A model generated the notes under the pieces. It worked only from the letters and a program-made list of their open reading frames with translations. It had not been told where the DNA came from and ran no database searches. Both the position numbers and the translations under genes were made by a program. DNA of 64,000 nt from Neocallimastix sp. 'constans' (lineage: Eukaryota): positions 1-64,000 of the forward strand of contig JBODTK010000136.1 of the NCBI GenBank assembly GCA_050613775.1. Direction: 5' to 3'. Within the stretch, counting starts at the first letter, position 1. Each line of letters starts with the position of its first letter. Positions 26,499 through 38,500 of this stretch are shown here, piece by piece.

Positions 26499-28297
26499 TA
26501 ATTTACTGTCATTTAAATTATTTAAATTTGAATTTGAATTTGAATTTGAATTGTCATTGAAATTATCTGAATTCATTTTTGTAAATTTGTCTTTGGAATT
26601 ATTTAAATTAGTAGAATTAACTTGTTTATCTTCAATTGAATTTTTATTTTTAAAATTAGAATTAATTTGTTTATTTTCATTTGAAATCACGGATTCCTTA
26701 ACTTTTTTCCTTTCCAAAGAATTATTCTTAATTTTATTTTTTAAATTTGAATTGTTTGAGTGTTTATCTTCATTAATGAATTTAGAATTATTTTTGTGTT
26801 TATTCGAATCCTTAGTTTTAATTTTCTTTTCTTTTGAATTTGAATTATTATTTTTTAATTTATTATCTAACCTTTTGTTTACATTCTTAAATTATATCTT
26901 TTATTAACATTATTATAATTATTAATATCATTACTTATTTCTTTCGCAATTAAATTGGTTGGGTCATTTATATTACTTAAATTTGTATTTATATTATCAT
27001 TTTCATTAATTTTGTTTTCATTATTATTTAACATGTTTATTTCATTAGAATTTACATTATCAATATTACTCGTGTTATTACTTACGCGTTTATCAATTTG
27101 TTTTATAGTATCATTATTACTTACAGTATTACTTACGCGTTCACTTAATTGCTTATCTGAATAAACATTACTTTTAAACGAGTTATTAATAAAATTATTA
27201 TGTTGAATTAAATTTGGTTTTTTATTTACATTTATAAAATTTGATTTTTTGTTTACATCATTCGAATTGTTTGAATTCTGAGTATGTTTCAATTCCTCGT
27301 TTTCAAATGAAATTACATTTTGTAAATTTTCTTCACTAGTGTTAGCAATTTCCTTCCCTTTCTGTTTATTTGAGATATCCTTTAAATATGTATCGATATT
27401 TTCCTCAATTAAATTTGAATTTGAAGATTTGTTTACATTTGAATTATTTGATAATTTATTTAATTTATCCAAATTAATATTTAAATCATTTTTATTTATT
27501 AAATTATTATTATTATTTAAATTATTAAAATTATTTTTATTATTTAAATGATCATTATTTTCATTAGAAAAATTATTATAATTTTCATTTTGAAAATAAT
27601 TATTATAAATGTCCGGATTTAAATTATTCAATGGAGCATTTATGTTTTGTGAATTTAATTTTTCGTTTATATTATTTTCTTTTATATTAAAATTTAATTG
27701 ACCATTTAAATTATTATTAATAAAATTTAAATTATTATTTAAATTATTATGATTAAGGTTATCTTGATTAAAATTTTTAATTAAATTATTTTGGTTAAAA
27801 TTATTATTTAAATTTATATTATTATTTAAATCACTTTGATTGTTATAATTAAAATCTTTAAAAATTTCTTGAATATCATCGTTATTATTATCTTCAGAAA
27901 AAATTGTAAAATTAACAATATCTGGAATAGTATTAGGATTTCCAACATTTCCAGGAATATCCTCAAAGAATTCCACTGCACGAGATAATATAACTTTATT
28001 GTTATTGTAATCATATATTTTGTATGCAGTTGGATTTAAATTATCATATCCAATAAATATGCCTGGAAGGGTAGAGTTATAAAATTTCTTTCTAAATTGT
28101 TTTGGAACGTAATAAAAACATTTACAATCAAAAACTTTAAATTTATTGTAATTTACCTTTTTATCAAATAATACTTCAAAGGGGACTTTATTGTTGTTTC
28201 CTTTGTGAGGTATATTATTATGTATATAATTTGCTGTGGAGACAGCATCTTCCCAAAATCTACGACTTAATTTGGCATCTTCCAGCATGGCACTAGC
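24774..28297 (-). pseudogene. Copia pol: integrase C-terminus, reverse transcriptase, RNase H (disrupted)
   Basis: KARLVARGFTQ, QLDIKAAYLNA, LYGLKQAGRMW, YVDD, DADLGG, AESEYY and KHIDLKYH motifs; frameshift near 26880-26900; probable in-frame deletion after YVDD (EILKVI|LKPCSN). Confidence 0.9.
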
Positions 28298-28819
28298 TGT
28301 AACGATTTACACCCAATAGGTCTACACTAATAAGTAATTCGTTTTCTTAAAAAATTTGTTTTATTAATATTTTTTATTAAAATATAAAATTTATTATTAT
28401 TTTTTTTATTATTAATTAGTTATTGTAATATTTCGAATTACTTTTAGCTAGTTAATAAAAGCACAAAGAAAAATTATTTTTTATTGAGAAATTCACGCTT
28501 ATTTATACTTTTTCGGAAAAACAGTTTCGGAAAAAGTTAAGATTAACGAAAGTTCGAAAAAATTAAGTTTTCTTTCTAGAAAATGAATCTTATAGAAAAA
28601 TGATAAAATAATTATTAAAATAGAACTTTCTAGTTTCATTTAGTTATATAATATTAACCAAAGAAACTCTAGAACTTTCTACAATAATTTAATTAATTAA
28701 CTAAAAATAATTTAGATTGGGAAAGGGTGTGAGTCGAACCTAAGAAATTCGGCTTCATTGTCATGGTGTATTACCACCAGACTACAACAACAATTTTACT
28801 AACTTTAGGATTCGTTACA
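28298..28819 (-). repeat. Element A 3' LTR
   Basis: Matches 32852-33359 + 49112-49124 with about 2 substitutions by eye; preceded on the minus strand by PPT GGAGGAGGACCA (28820-28831). Confidence 0.93.
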
Positions 28820-29216
28820 TGGTCCTCCTCCAGGATTCGGATACCAGACGAATCTTAAAGTTAAACTAGACTACAATGAATAAATAAAATATTTAAGTGT
28901 GAATTTCTTTTTTGCTTAATAGTATGAAATAATAAAAATAATAATACATGATATTAATAATTAATTACATGAAATAACATATTTAATAATTATTTTTGTT
29001 ACATGATATTAATAAAGTTTACAGTTATTATAGATTTTTTTTTTTTTTTTTTTTTTTTAAATATAAGTTATAAAATAATATAAAGGAAAAATTAGGTTTT
29101 AACAATAATAATAAGTTTAATATTAATAATTTAATAATATAATTTAATCATATAATTATATAATATACTATAAAATTTAAAGTTTATTAGAGATTCATTT
29201 TCTAGTTTAAGTTATT

Positions 29217-31502
29217 TTAATTATTTTTATTGAATTTTTTCAAGAGTTTGGGGCAATTAAGATTTTCCTCAGGTTCCCAAGAAGCTTCTGAAAGCGGATA
29301 TCCTTTCCATTTTATCAAGTATTGGATTTTCCCATAATGAGTTCGTTTGTCTAATATTTGTTCAACTTCGTACTCTTCTTCGTTGTTAATGATAATTGGT
29401 GGTGGTTCTTGGTTTCTTCCAAACTTATCTTCAAAGTACGGTTCAAGGTCAGAGACATGCATGATTGGATGAATCCTAAGATTTTTTGGCAAGTCAAGTT
29501 TATACGAAACAGGAGATATTTTGCTTAGGATTTTAAAAGGTCCTAATTTTCTTGGTTTAAGCTTTTTGTTACCATTCTTTATAATTAGAGAACTATTGAT
29601 CCAAACTTTGTCATTTTTCTTGAATTCAGGTGGTTCCATACGATGCTTATTGGCATATTTCTCTTGTTTTTCAATTGCTATTTTAATATTTTCTTTTAAT
29701 TCCTTGGTTAATTCTGCAAGGTTTTTAACAAGTTCTTCTGCTCTAGGTACTTCAACATTTGTGGGGACTTCGGGAGAATGTCTGGGATTGAATCCATAAT
29801 TAGCGAAGAAAGGTGAATGATTAGTGGATTCTTGAATGGTGTTATTATAGCTAAATTCTGCTAAGTAAAGGAAGTCATTCCAATTAGATCCTTTGAAATT
29901 TGTATAGCATCTTAAGTATTGTTCGATAACGGAGTTCACCCTCTCCGTTAAACCATTTATTTGGTGATGAAATGGATATATTGGGCCGTAATATAAATTA
30001 GTGTTTGGTTTCAAATTAATTTCACAATCATATTGTCGATGAGGGGGTAGCATGTTCGCAGTGACTTCACTAAAAACATCCATAAATGAGGATAATTTAG
30101 TTGGTAAAAGATAGATAACATTTTTATTATCTTCGTTGGGTTCCTTGTGTTGGTTCTTAGTATTATTAATTATTTCATTAGATATTTTTTCTTCTGAATT
30201 GTTAATTTCTTCAATTTTTTGGCTGTCCGAATTATCGGAATTTTTTGGAATTTCGTTTATTAAATTGCATGAAGGAATGAAGGTTGTATAAGTATTTGGA
30301 ATAACGAGACAATTATTAATACAATATTTTGAATTAAAATGAAGTGTTTTAGAAGAGAAATCTATTGTTGGATTATGAGTAGAGAGCCATTCAGCGCCAA
30401 GAAGAGCACAATAAGAAGGTAAATCGACGACATAAAACTTAGTTTTACAATTGTGATTTTTATAGCTGATCGAAATTGGCAAAGTTTCCCCGAGAATTTT
30501 CTGAGTACCACCAATTCCTCCTACTTCAGGATGAATGGTTTCGGATGAATAAGGAATGTTATTTTCATTGGCAAAGTAGACATCCATAAGATTAAGTTGA
30601 GAACCTGAATCTAGAAGAATCTTAGTTTTGACTGATGATTTTAAAACATTGAGAGTGAATTCAAATATAGGAAGACTCAAATTTTGTTGATCTGAGATTC
30701 TTGTTCTTTCTTTGGCCTTTGGTTCAGGATTAGTAATATGAGAAGTGCTTGAGGGTGATTTTTTCTTATTTTTGAGTGGACAATTGCCTAGAGTATGATT
30801 TGAGGATCCACAATATAAACAAAGGTTTTCTCTTTTTCTTCTTTCTTTCTCTTCGTCGGATAGGGGTCCATAATGTTTAGAATTCGAACCTTTCTTATAA
30901 AAATTCCATCTTTTCTTATTAGAATTGTTGTTATTAAGGTTATTGTTTGATCGATTTTGATTATTTGTAAATTACCTATGGGCTGATAGACGGCCATCTA
31001 TTCTGGAAGCTATAGTTTGCATAGCAGTAAGAGATCTTGGACCAGGGAACATTTCCAGAATTCTTGTAGCGATTTGATCATTTAAACCAACAAGAAATGC
31101 GTCCATTTTCGCTTCTTCGTTCCAAGATGACTCGTCGGCATAAGAGTTGAATTCGAGTATATAGCTTCTAATGTCGCCTAACCGTTTTTGTCTTATAGTT
31201 CTGAGTTTCTGATTTGCAATGAATGTTGAGTCATAACTCCCATATACAGATTTCATTCTTTCAACGAAGGCTTCGTAATTTAACAAGCAAGGGTCCTGAT
31301 TCTCCATAAGTAATGCTGCCCAATTCATAGCATTACCATATAACCTAGAAATAACGTAGATTACTTTTGTTTCATCATTATTGAATCGATCAGGGTGAAT
31401 CATGAAGATTAAATTCATTTTAGCTAAGAATCCCTTAAGGTAGCGTCTATCTCCGGCAAAACCATCCTTATAGGTTGCGTTGGCAAAATTGTTTTCTTCC
31501 AT
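29217..31502 (-). pseudogene. Element A gag-protease-(RT/RH deleted)-partial integrase-chromodomain
   Basis: One frame from ATG 31502 with an internal TAA at 30972-30974; zinc knuckle [14 protein letters not shown]; protease LLDSGS; GPIYPF fused to [12 protein letters not shown]; chromodomain [11 protein letters not shown]...[17 protein letters not shown]. Confidence 0.9.
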
Positions 31503-32477
31503 TTTGAATATAAGTTTCACTGTTATTTTTATAGTTGATTATTGAATAAGTTGGAATAAGATATATTTAAGAACGATTTTTTCAGTATAATAGAGAGGAA
31601 TTGAATTATAATATAATTTTGATTAAGGAGGATTTGAATATATAAATAGTAATAATTGATCCCACTGGAATTATTTAGAATTAAATAAGGTTTGGTATTG
31701 AAATTTTAAATTTATATAATATACTAAATTAGGTATAGTAGATTTGTATATATATTATTATAGTAATTTAATAGTTATAGAGAGCTGGAAATAATTTAGA
31801 AAAGATTATTGAGATTTAAAATTTATTGCATTAAGTTGATATAAAATTTCAGATTGATTTTGAGAGTGATTTGAGATTGGATATTTTCAGAGTTGATTTT
31901 TTTGATATATCCCGTGATTAAGATTTTTTTTTTTTTTTTTTTTTTTTTATAGTGATAAAGTAATATATAATTATTTTGGAAGATATAGGAGTAATTAAAT
32001 ATTTATTTTATTTGATTAATCTTTATTTCTTATTGAATTGTTATAAACCAAATCATATAGTATTGAGCCAGGAAATATATAATTTGTTAAAGCCTTGCGT
32101 GGTAAGTCTCTTTAGCTCTTTATCGATAAACGCAGATTAAGTCGATTGTTAGTACCAATTAATGGTAGAAGGAAGTAATGTAATTGTATTTTTGTTTGTA
32201 TCTAACCTTTGTTAGCATGAAAAAGTACAACAAATTATCTTCCCCAGTTATCAACAGAATCTGAACGACAAAGTATTATGGTAACGATGCTCAACTATCG
32301 TCGCTTTGGGAGCCAGGCAAGCCTTTATATATAACGTAAGAAATTTAAAATTAATTATATTTAAAATAAATATTTATTCGGAGAGTAGAGTACTATTTAA
32401 TGCGAGATGTTGTTTAGAATAGTATCTGTAATTTAATTTATTTTATTTTATTCGCTTTATAATAAATCTTCTTGATT

Positions 32478-32800
32478 CGGTAGATTTCCTTGATTTCTTG
32501 AGTTGGTAGATTTCCTTGATTTCCTTGATTTCTTGAGTTGGTAGATTTCCTTGATTTCCTTGATTTCTTGAGTTGGTAGATTTCCTTAATTTCCTTGATT
32601 TCCTTGATTTCTTGAGTTGGTAGATATCCTTGATTTCCTTGATTTCCTTGATTTCTTGAGTTGGTAGATTTCCTTGATTTCCTTGATTTCTTGAGTTGGT
32701 AGATTTCCTTAATTTCCTTGATTTCCTTGATTTCTTGAGTTGGTAGATATCCTTGATTTCCTTGATTTCCTTGATTTCTTGAGTTGGTAGATTTCCCTTG
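32478..32800 (-). repeat. Tandem array in element A 5' leader (26-44 bp units built on 9-bp subunits)
   Basis: GGTAGA(TTTCCTTGA)1-3TTTCTTGAGTT repeated about 8 times. Confidence 0.9.
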
Positions 32801-32851
32801 GCTAGTCCTTAGTGCAGGGGTACTGGGCTTCTTTTCTTTGGGTGCTTTTAT

Positions 32852-33359
32852 TGTAACGATTTACACTCAATAGGTCTACACTAATAAGTAATTCGTTTTC
32901 TTAAAAAATTTGTTTTATTAATATTTTTTATTAAAATATAAAATTTATTATTATTTTTTTATTATTAATTAGTTATTGTAATATTTCGAATTACTTTTAA
33001 CTAGTTAATAAAAGCACAAAGAAAAATTATTTTTTATTGAGAAATTCACGCTTATTTATACTTTTTCGGAAAAACAGTTTCGGAAAAAGTTAAGATTAAC
33101 GAAAGTTCGAAAAAATTAAGTTTTCTTTCTAGAAAATGAATCTTATAGAAAAATGATAAAATAATTATTAAAATAGAACTTTCTAGTTTCATTTAGTTAT
33201 ATAATATTAACCAAAGAAACTCTAGAACTTTCTACAATAATTTAATTAATTAACTAAAAATAATTTAGATTGGGAAAGGGTGTGAGTCGAACCTAAGAAA
33301 TTCGGCTTCATTGTCATGGTGTATTACCACCAGACTACAACAACAATTTTACTAACTTT
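32852..33359 (-). repeat. Element A 5' LTR, main part (last 13 bp at 49112-49124)
   Basis: Direct repeat of 28298-28806, ending ...ACTAACTTT at the element B junction; the remainder AGGATTCGTTACA follows element C. Confidence 0.93.
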
Positions 33360-33848
33360 TGATAAGAATGTACTAAATAATGCATTCTTAATTAAATCTA
33401 CGATTTATTTCTAATACATTATGTGTACATTATTATTTTTGTACTTTAATAAATTTTTAAATTCAAAGATTAAAAATTAGATCAAAAATTATATTAAACT
33501 TTATAATTTTTATATTAAATCTTATATTAATAGTAATATTTTTATATATTTAAAACTTATATTAACAATATTAATAATAAATCTTATTTTTTTATTTTTA
33601 TATTAATAATGAAAATTTGTATTAATAATATTTTTATATATATTGATAATTAAAAATTTATATATTATATTTTAACTTTTATTATAAAATTTTATATCGA
33701 AATGTTTTATTTTATATTGAAAAATATTTTATTTTATTAAAAACCTTTATATTAGAATAGTATTTTTATTTTTATTTGAATATTTTAACAGATTGTAATA
33801 AAAATTTTAGCCAATTAAATAAATTCTTATTAGTAATATTTTAGATAG

Positions 33849-33893
<45 letters not shown>

Positions 33894-34202
33894 TATTAAT
33901 ATTATAAATGTATTTTATTTATATTGTTATAATTAAATTTTATATAATTGATTATAAAAATCAATTTAAATTTAATAGTTTCATATATAAAAAGAAAAAT
34001 AATAATAAAATGTAATTTAGTGGCAAGAACAACTTTTATGCCTTGAAAAAAAAGTATAAATAGTTGTAAATTTTGCTACTAATTTTTAAATATCATCAAA
34101 TAAAATCAAATAAATTTATAAATAAAAATAATAAATAAATAAATAAAATTTGTGTTTCCTTACTTTATTTTTATTTAATTCTCTAAAACCTTAACATTTA
34201 TA

Positions 34203-34219
34203 TGGTGGAGATATCGGGG
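34203..34219 (+). promoter_or_regulatory. Element B primer-binding site, tRNA-Ala-like
   Basis: TGGTGGAGATATCGGGG, 6 nt after the LTR; resembles the complement of eukaryotic tRNA-Ala 3' ends. Confidence 0.75.
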
Positions 34220-34424
34220 TATTAAATAGAAATAATAGTAAATAACATAGATTTTTTTTAATTTTTTTTATTTTATATTGATAAACAAGTAAGTCGTTAA
34301 TCCTTTGATTAACCTATGGCGCTTGTTTGATATATATATATAAAAAAAAAAAAATTTTTTTTAAATAAGTAAAATTAAGATTCTAAAAAAACAAATTTTG
34401 TAAAATTATAACAAGGAGCGGATA

Positions 34425-34642
34425 GAGCTCATACACAGTGTATTCTCAGATAGCAACAAATTAACTCTATTCATAGTAGGTTATTGAATAGTAGTTAATT
34501 TGGAGATTAATTGGAAAGTAGACGAAGGTATTTGGTTACCGACCCGGTAATAATAGTTCAGCCTTCAACGTTTCAACACACGAAGGTGCGGGTACTTTCC
34601 AAGCACTGGCGAATAAGGAGCTTACGTCACCGAAGGCGTAAG
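34425..34642 (+). ncRNA. Candidate cis-acting structured RNA in element B leader
   Basis: Same three-way-junction architecture and invariant motifs as 42623-42863, with covarying stems (see findings). Confidence 0.7.
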
Positions 34643-35220
34643 ATTGTTTTTTTTATATATATTTTTTTTTACTTTTCTTTGTGCTAGTTATAAGGCACTT
34701 TATTATATAAAGTATCAGACTTTGGCTAACTTCGCCATTTAAATTTTTTTTATTTTTTTTTATTACTGATACTTTATTTGTTTAATAATTCCTGTAAAAG
34801 AATCTTAATTTACTTGAAAATATTGTGTTTTTAGTTAATTTTTATTAGTTAATAAAAATATTATTGAATACTTTTAAAATTTTTTTTATTCCGTACATAG
34901 ATTATTGGATTAAGTTTATCCTACATAGTAATTGGGCTAGTAGGCTCTGAACTGCTATATTTTATATTGAATATAGTAATCGTGGCACACGCGTGGCATG
35001 ACACCATTAGGTAAGCTGCACGTCAGACAGTGTGTACTATCAGATTGTACGACAATAAAGATTATTTTTTTGTATTTAATAATTATAATTAATTAATAAT
35101 TTTATTAGCTATAACAATACAATATTTATCGTTTAAAAAGAAAAATTTTTGAAAGGTGAAAATAATAAATAAAACTTTGCTTCTAAATTTATTACTACAA
35201 ATATACTAAATTACAAAATT

Positions 35221-35411
35221 CAAGTGGTCGATAAAGGTTTCGAGCTTGAAAAATATTCTATTGAGTTGTCGATAAAGATTTCGAACTTAAAATTATTCTA
35301 TTGAGTTGTCGATAAAGATTTCGAACTTAAAAATTATTCTTAATAAAGTAGTCGAAAAGAACCTCGTGCTTTATAATTTCTACTAAGTTGTCGATAAGGA
35401 TTTCGAGCTTA
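35221..35411 (+). repeat. Five ~39-bp hairpin-forming tandem repeats upstream of B gag
   Basis: RAGTTGTCGA-TAAAGATT-TCGARCTT-like units in tandem. Confidence 0.85.
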
Positions 35412-35585
35412 TATCTACTAAAGAAAGCAAATAAAATTATTATTTTCAAAAGTTACTAAAATATATTGTTTTAAAAATTGATTCGATATTAAATTACCTA
35501 TTAAATTATATTTTTAAAGTTGTATTTCCAAATTTATTCTTATTTAATCACCTCATTAATATACAACAAGAAATATTTAAACAAA

Positions 35586-38500
35586 ATGTCCAAGGAAACA
35601 ACTTTGAGCTTTAAAGAATTGAAAAAAGAATTAAGAGATATTGTGAAACTTAGCAAGGACAATTTAGATATTAAGTCCTGGGCTACTGAATTAAAACTTT
35701 GGATCAAGATACAAGGTATTACAGATCCAGAAACAATATTTAATGCTTGTTTACTTACCAGCTCTGGTGAAGTACAACGCGTTATTGAAGATTTGGGAGA
35801 AGATAGTGATGATGAAAGTGATGATTCATCAGATGAAGAAGAAGATGATGATGAAGAAGAAAATGTTGATGATGATATTAAATTTCCTTCCCTTGAAAAA
35901 ATTATTTCAAGTCTTGAAAATTTTTACGGTATTAAAGAAGACCAAAATTTACTTCTTAAAGAACTTCGTGCAATGCGAATTAAAAGAAACGAAAAGATTA
36001 AAGACTTTAATGTAAGATATAGAACTTTGTACACTAAACTTGATAAAAAGAGAAGAAAGCGCATTGGTGTACTAGATTATATTGATTCTATTCAAAATAA
36101 TTATGAAGCCTGGAAGAAATTATCCCTTAAAGATGATATAAGTATGGATAAAGCTTTCAAAATTGCCGAGAAAGTAGATAGACTTTCTGTAAGGAACAAT
36201 AATATTAATACCTATAATGTTAATAATTCCCAACATAATCAAAATAATCAAAACAGTACTACTTCAAGACTTTATCCTAAAAGAAGAAACGAAACTTTCC
36301 AAACAAATCAAACAAATAATAAACCGAAACCTCAAGATATTATAGAAGAATCAACCCAGAAAATGAGAAATTTATCCGTTAAAACTTGCTTCTTCTGTAA
36401 GGAAGAAGGTCATTACTCATACTATTGCCCTCAATTAAATAAGATTATGGAAAAAAATAAAAAAGAAATATATTCCAAAAAAGTCTTTAAACTTCTAAAT
36501 GGGAGCAGAAGCACTCCCAATGACAAAACAATAGCTTCATTAAATAATTTACAAAATAATACTTTTACTAAGAATACTCCAATTGATAATAATTCCTTTA
36601 ACGAAGAATCTGAAGAATCTGATTTTAGTGACACAACTGAAAGTGAGGATGATATCATTATAAATGCTGTAAAAAGAAAAATGAATGATAATAACAGCGA
36701 AAAAGAAGGAAATAATTCCAAGAAAGTACATAAAAGTTTAAAAGATAATCCACGTCCTTTTGCAACTCCTGCTTTAAGAAAGAAGAAAGAAAATGAGCTG
36801 CATAATAAACCAAATAAAGTTTATAAAAATCAAATACTTCCTTCAATTTTAACTCAACCAAATATTAACAAAGAAAAACAAAAAGAAAAGGAATTAAGAA
36901 ATATGACAAGAGTAAGAGAAAGTAAAGAAGAAAACAACAATTATTCATCAAAAGGAAAGGAAAAAGTTGAATCTGAAGATATACTTGTAATCGATAATGA
37001 AATAGAAGATCTAGAAATGAATAAAGATAATCAACAAAATAAAACTAATACTTTGGAAAAATTAATTTCAACAAAAACTAAGGAAACTAATAATGGAAAT
37101 ACTCAATTAGTAAAAAGGAATATCAAAATGATGAATAATAAAGAACCTTACAATATTATGGATGATTTAAATAATCTTAAATCCAGTATTACGATAGGTC
37201 AACTCTTGAATGCATGTCCTAAAATTCGTTCACAATTAACTCAAGGTTTAAAGTTAGAAAAGTCTAAAATAATTGGAACTGTAGACAATGTAATAGCACG
37301 AACTTTATTAGTAAATAACTATGACCATAGCTACATAAGTAAAAGTAATGAAGTAGCCGAAGAAGACTTAGCAATGGTTGATGCAAGTGTTGACGGAGTA
37401 CTAGGAAAACTTTTAATTGATTCTTGTAGTAACCTAAGCATCGTTACTAAGCAGTATTTTGATAAATTACCTGGTGAATATGAAACAGTTGGAAAAAGTC
37501 GTGGAAGAATCCAACTAGCAACACAAGATGAAGAATACTCGGAAGGAATTATTGTTCGATTACCAGTAAAAATTAATAATTATGAATTTAATGCGGACTT
37601 TAGAATTATTGAGAAAGAAGACTCATTTTATGATATGTTAATAAACTTTAAAACTCAAATCGATCATTGTTTATTTATTCATCCAACCTTAAACAGTCTA
37701 TGTAAACTTTTGTCAGAAAGTGAATACGAAGAAATAGCTAAAATAAATAATCAATATTATGATGAAGAAAGTATAATCTGCACTATTAGAAAAGTTGAAG
37801 AAACGAATAATGAAAAGGAAATTATAAAGGAATTAACTCCAATGGAATTTATTGAGAGTGATGAATTTTTAAGTACCTTAAATAAAGATTATAAAGAACA
37901 AATTATTAAAATTCTCAAAGAAATGATTGACATAGTTGCCACTTCAACAGAAGAACTAACTCCTTCTAAACTTTCACCACATAAGATCCGTTTGAAAGCA
38001 AATGCAAAGCCAGTAAAATTAAGAAGTTATAGGTTAACTAAATTAAAATCAGATATCTTAAAAGAAGAACTTACAAAACTTATTAAGAAAGGATTGATAG
38101 AACCATCCTGTTCAGAATGGTCATCTCCAGTAGTACTTATTCTAAAACACAATGGAAAGTGGCGCTTGTGCATTGACTACCGAAAAGTCAATGATATGAC
38201 AGAAAAAGATTCTTATTCAGTTCCATATATAGATGAAATTTTTGATAGTCTCGGAGGAGCTAAAATATTTACAACTCTTGATTTATTTTCTGGTTTTCAC
38301 CAAATCTTAATGGATGAAGAAAGCGTAGAAGTAACCACTTTCACTACTAAGTTTGGAAATTATCAATTTAAGGTTATGCCTTTTGGACTTACTGGAGCTC
38401 CCTCAACCTTCCAAAGAGAAATGAATAAAATTTTATTCCCTTTTATTGGTGAATTTGTTTACGTATTTATTGATGATGTTTTGATCTATTCAAAAAGTAT

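Noticed and set aside
34600..34625. HDV-like ribozyme from GGCGAA (also at 42828 and 23006)
   Set aside because: Could not build P1, P1.1 and P3 of the nested double pseudoknot
34611..34642. Glycine riboswitch-like GGAG...CACCGAAGGCGTAA
   Set aside because: No downstream CTCTCAGG, and the C homologue does not keep the aptamer residues
32478..35411. CRISPR-like reading of the leader repeat arrays
   Set aside because: No unique spacers, no cas genes, eukaryotic retroelement context
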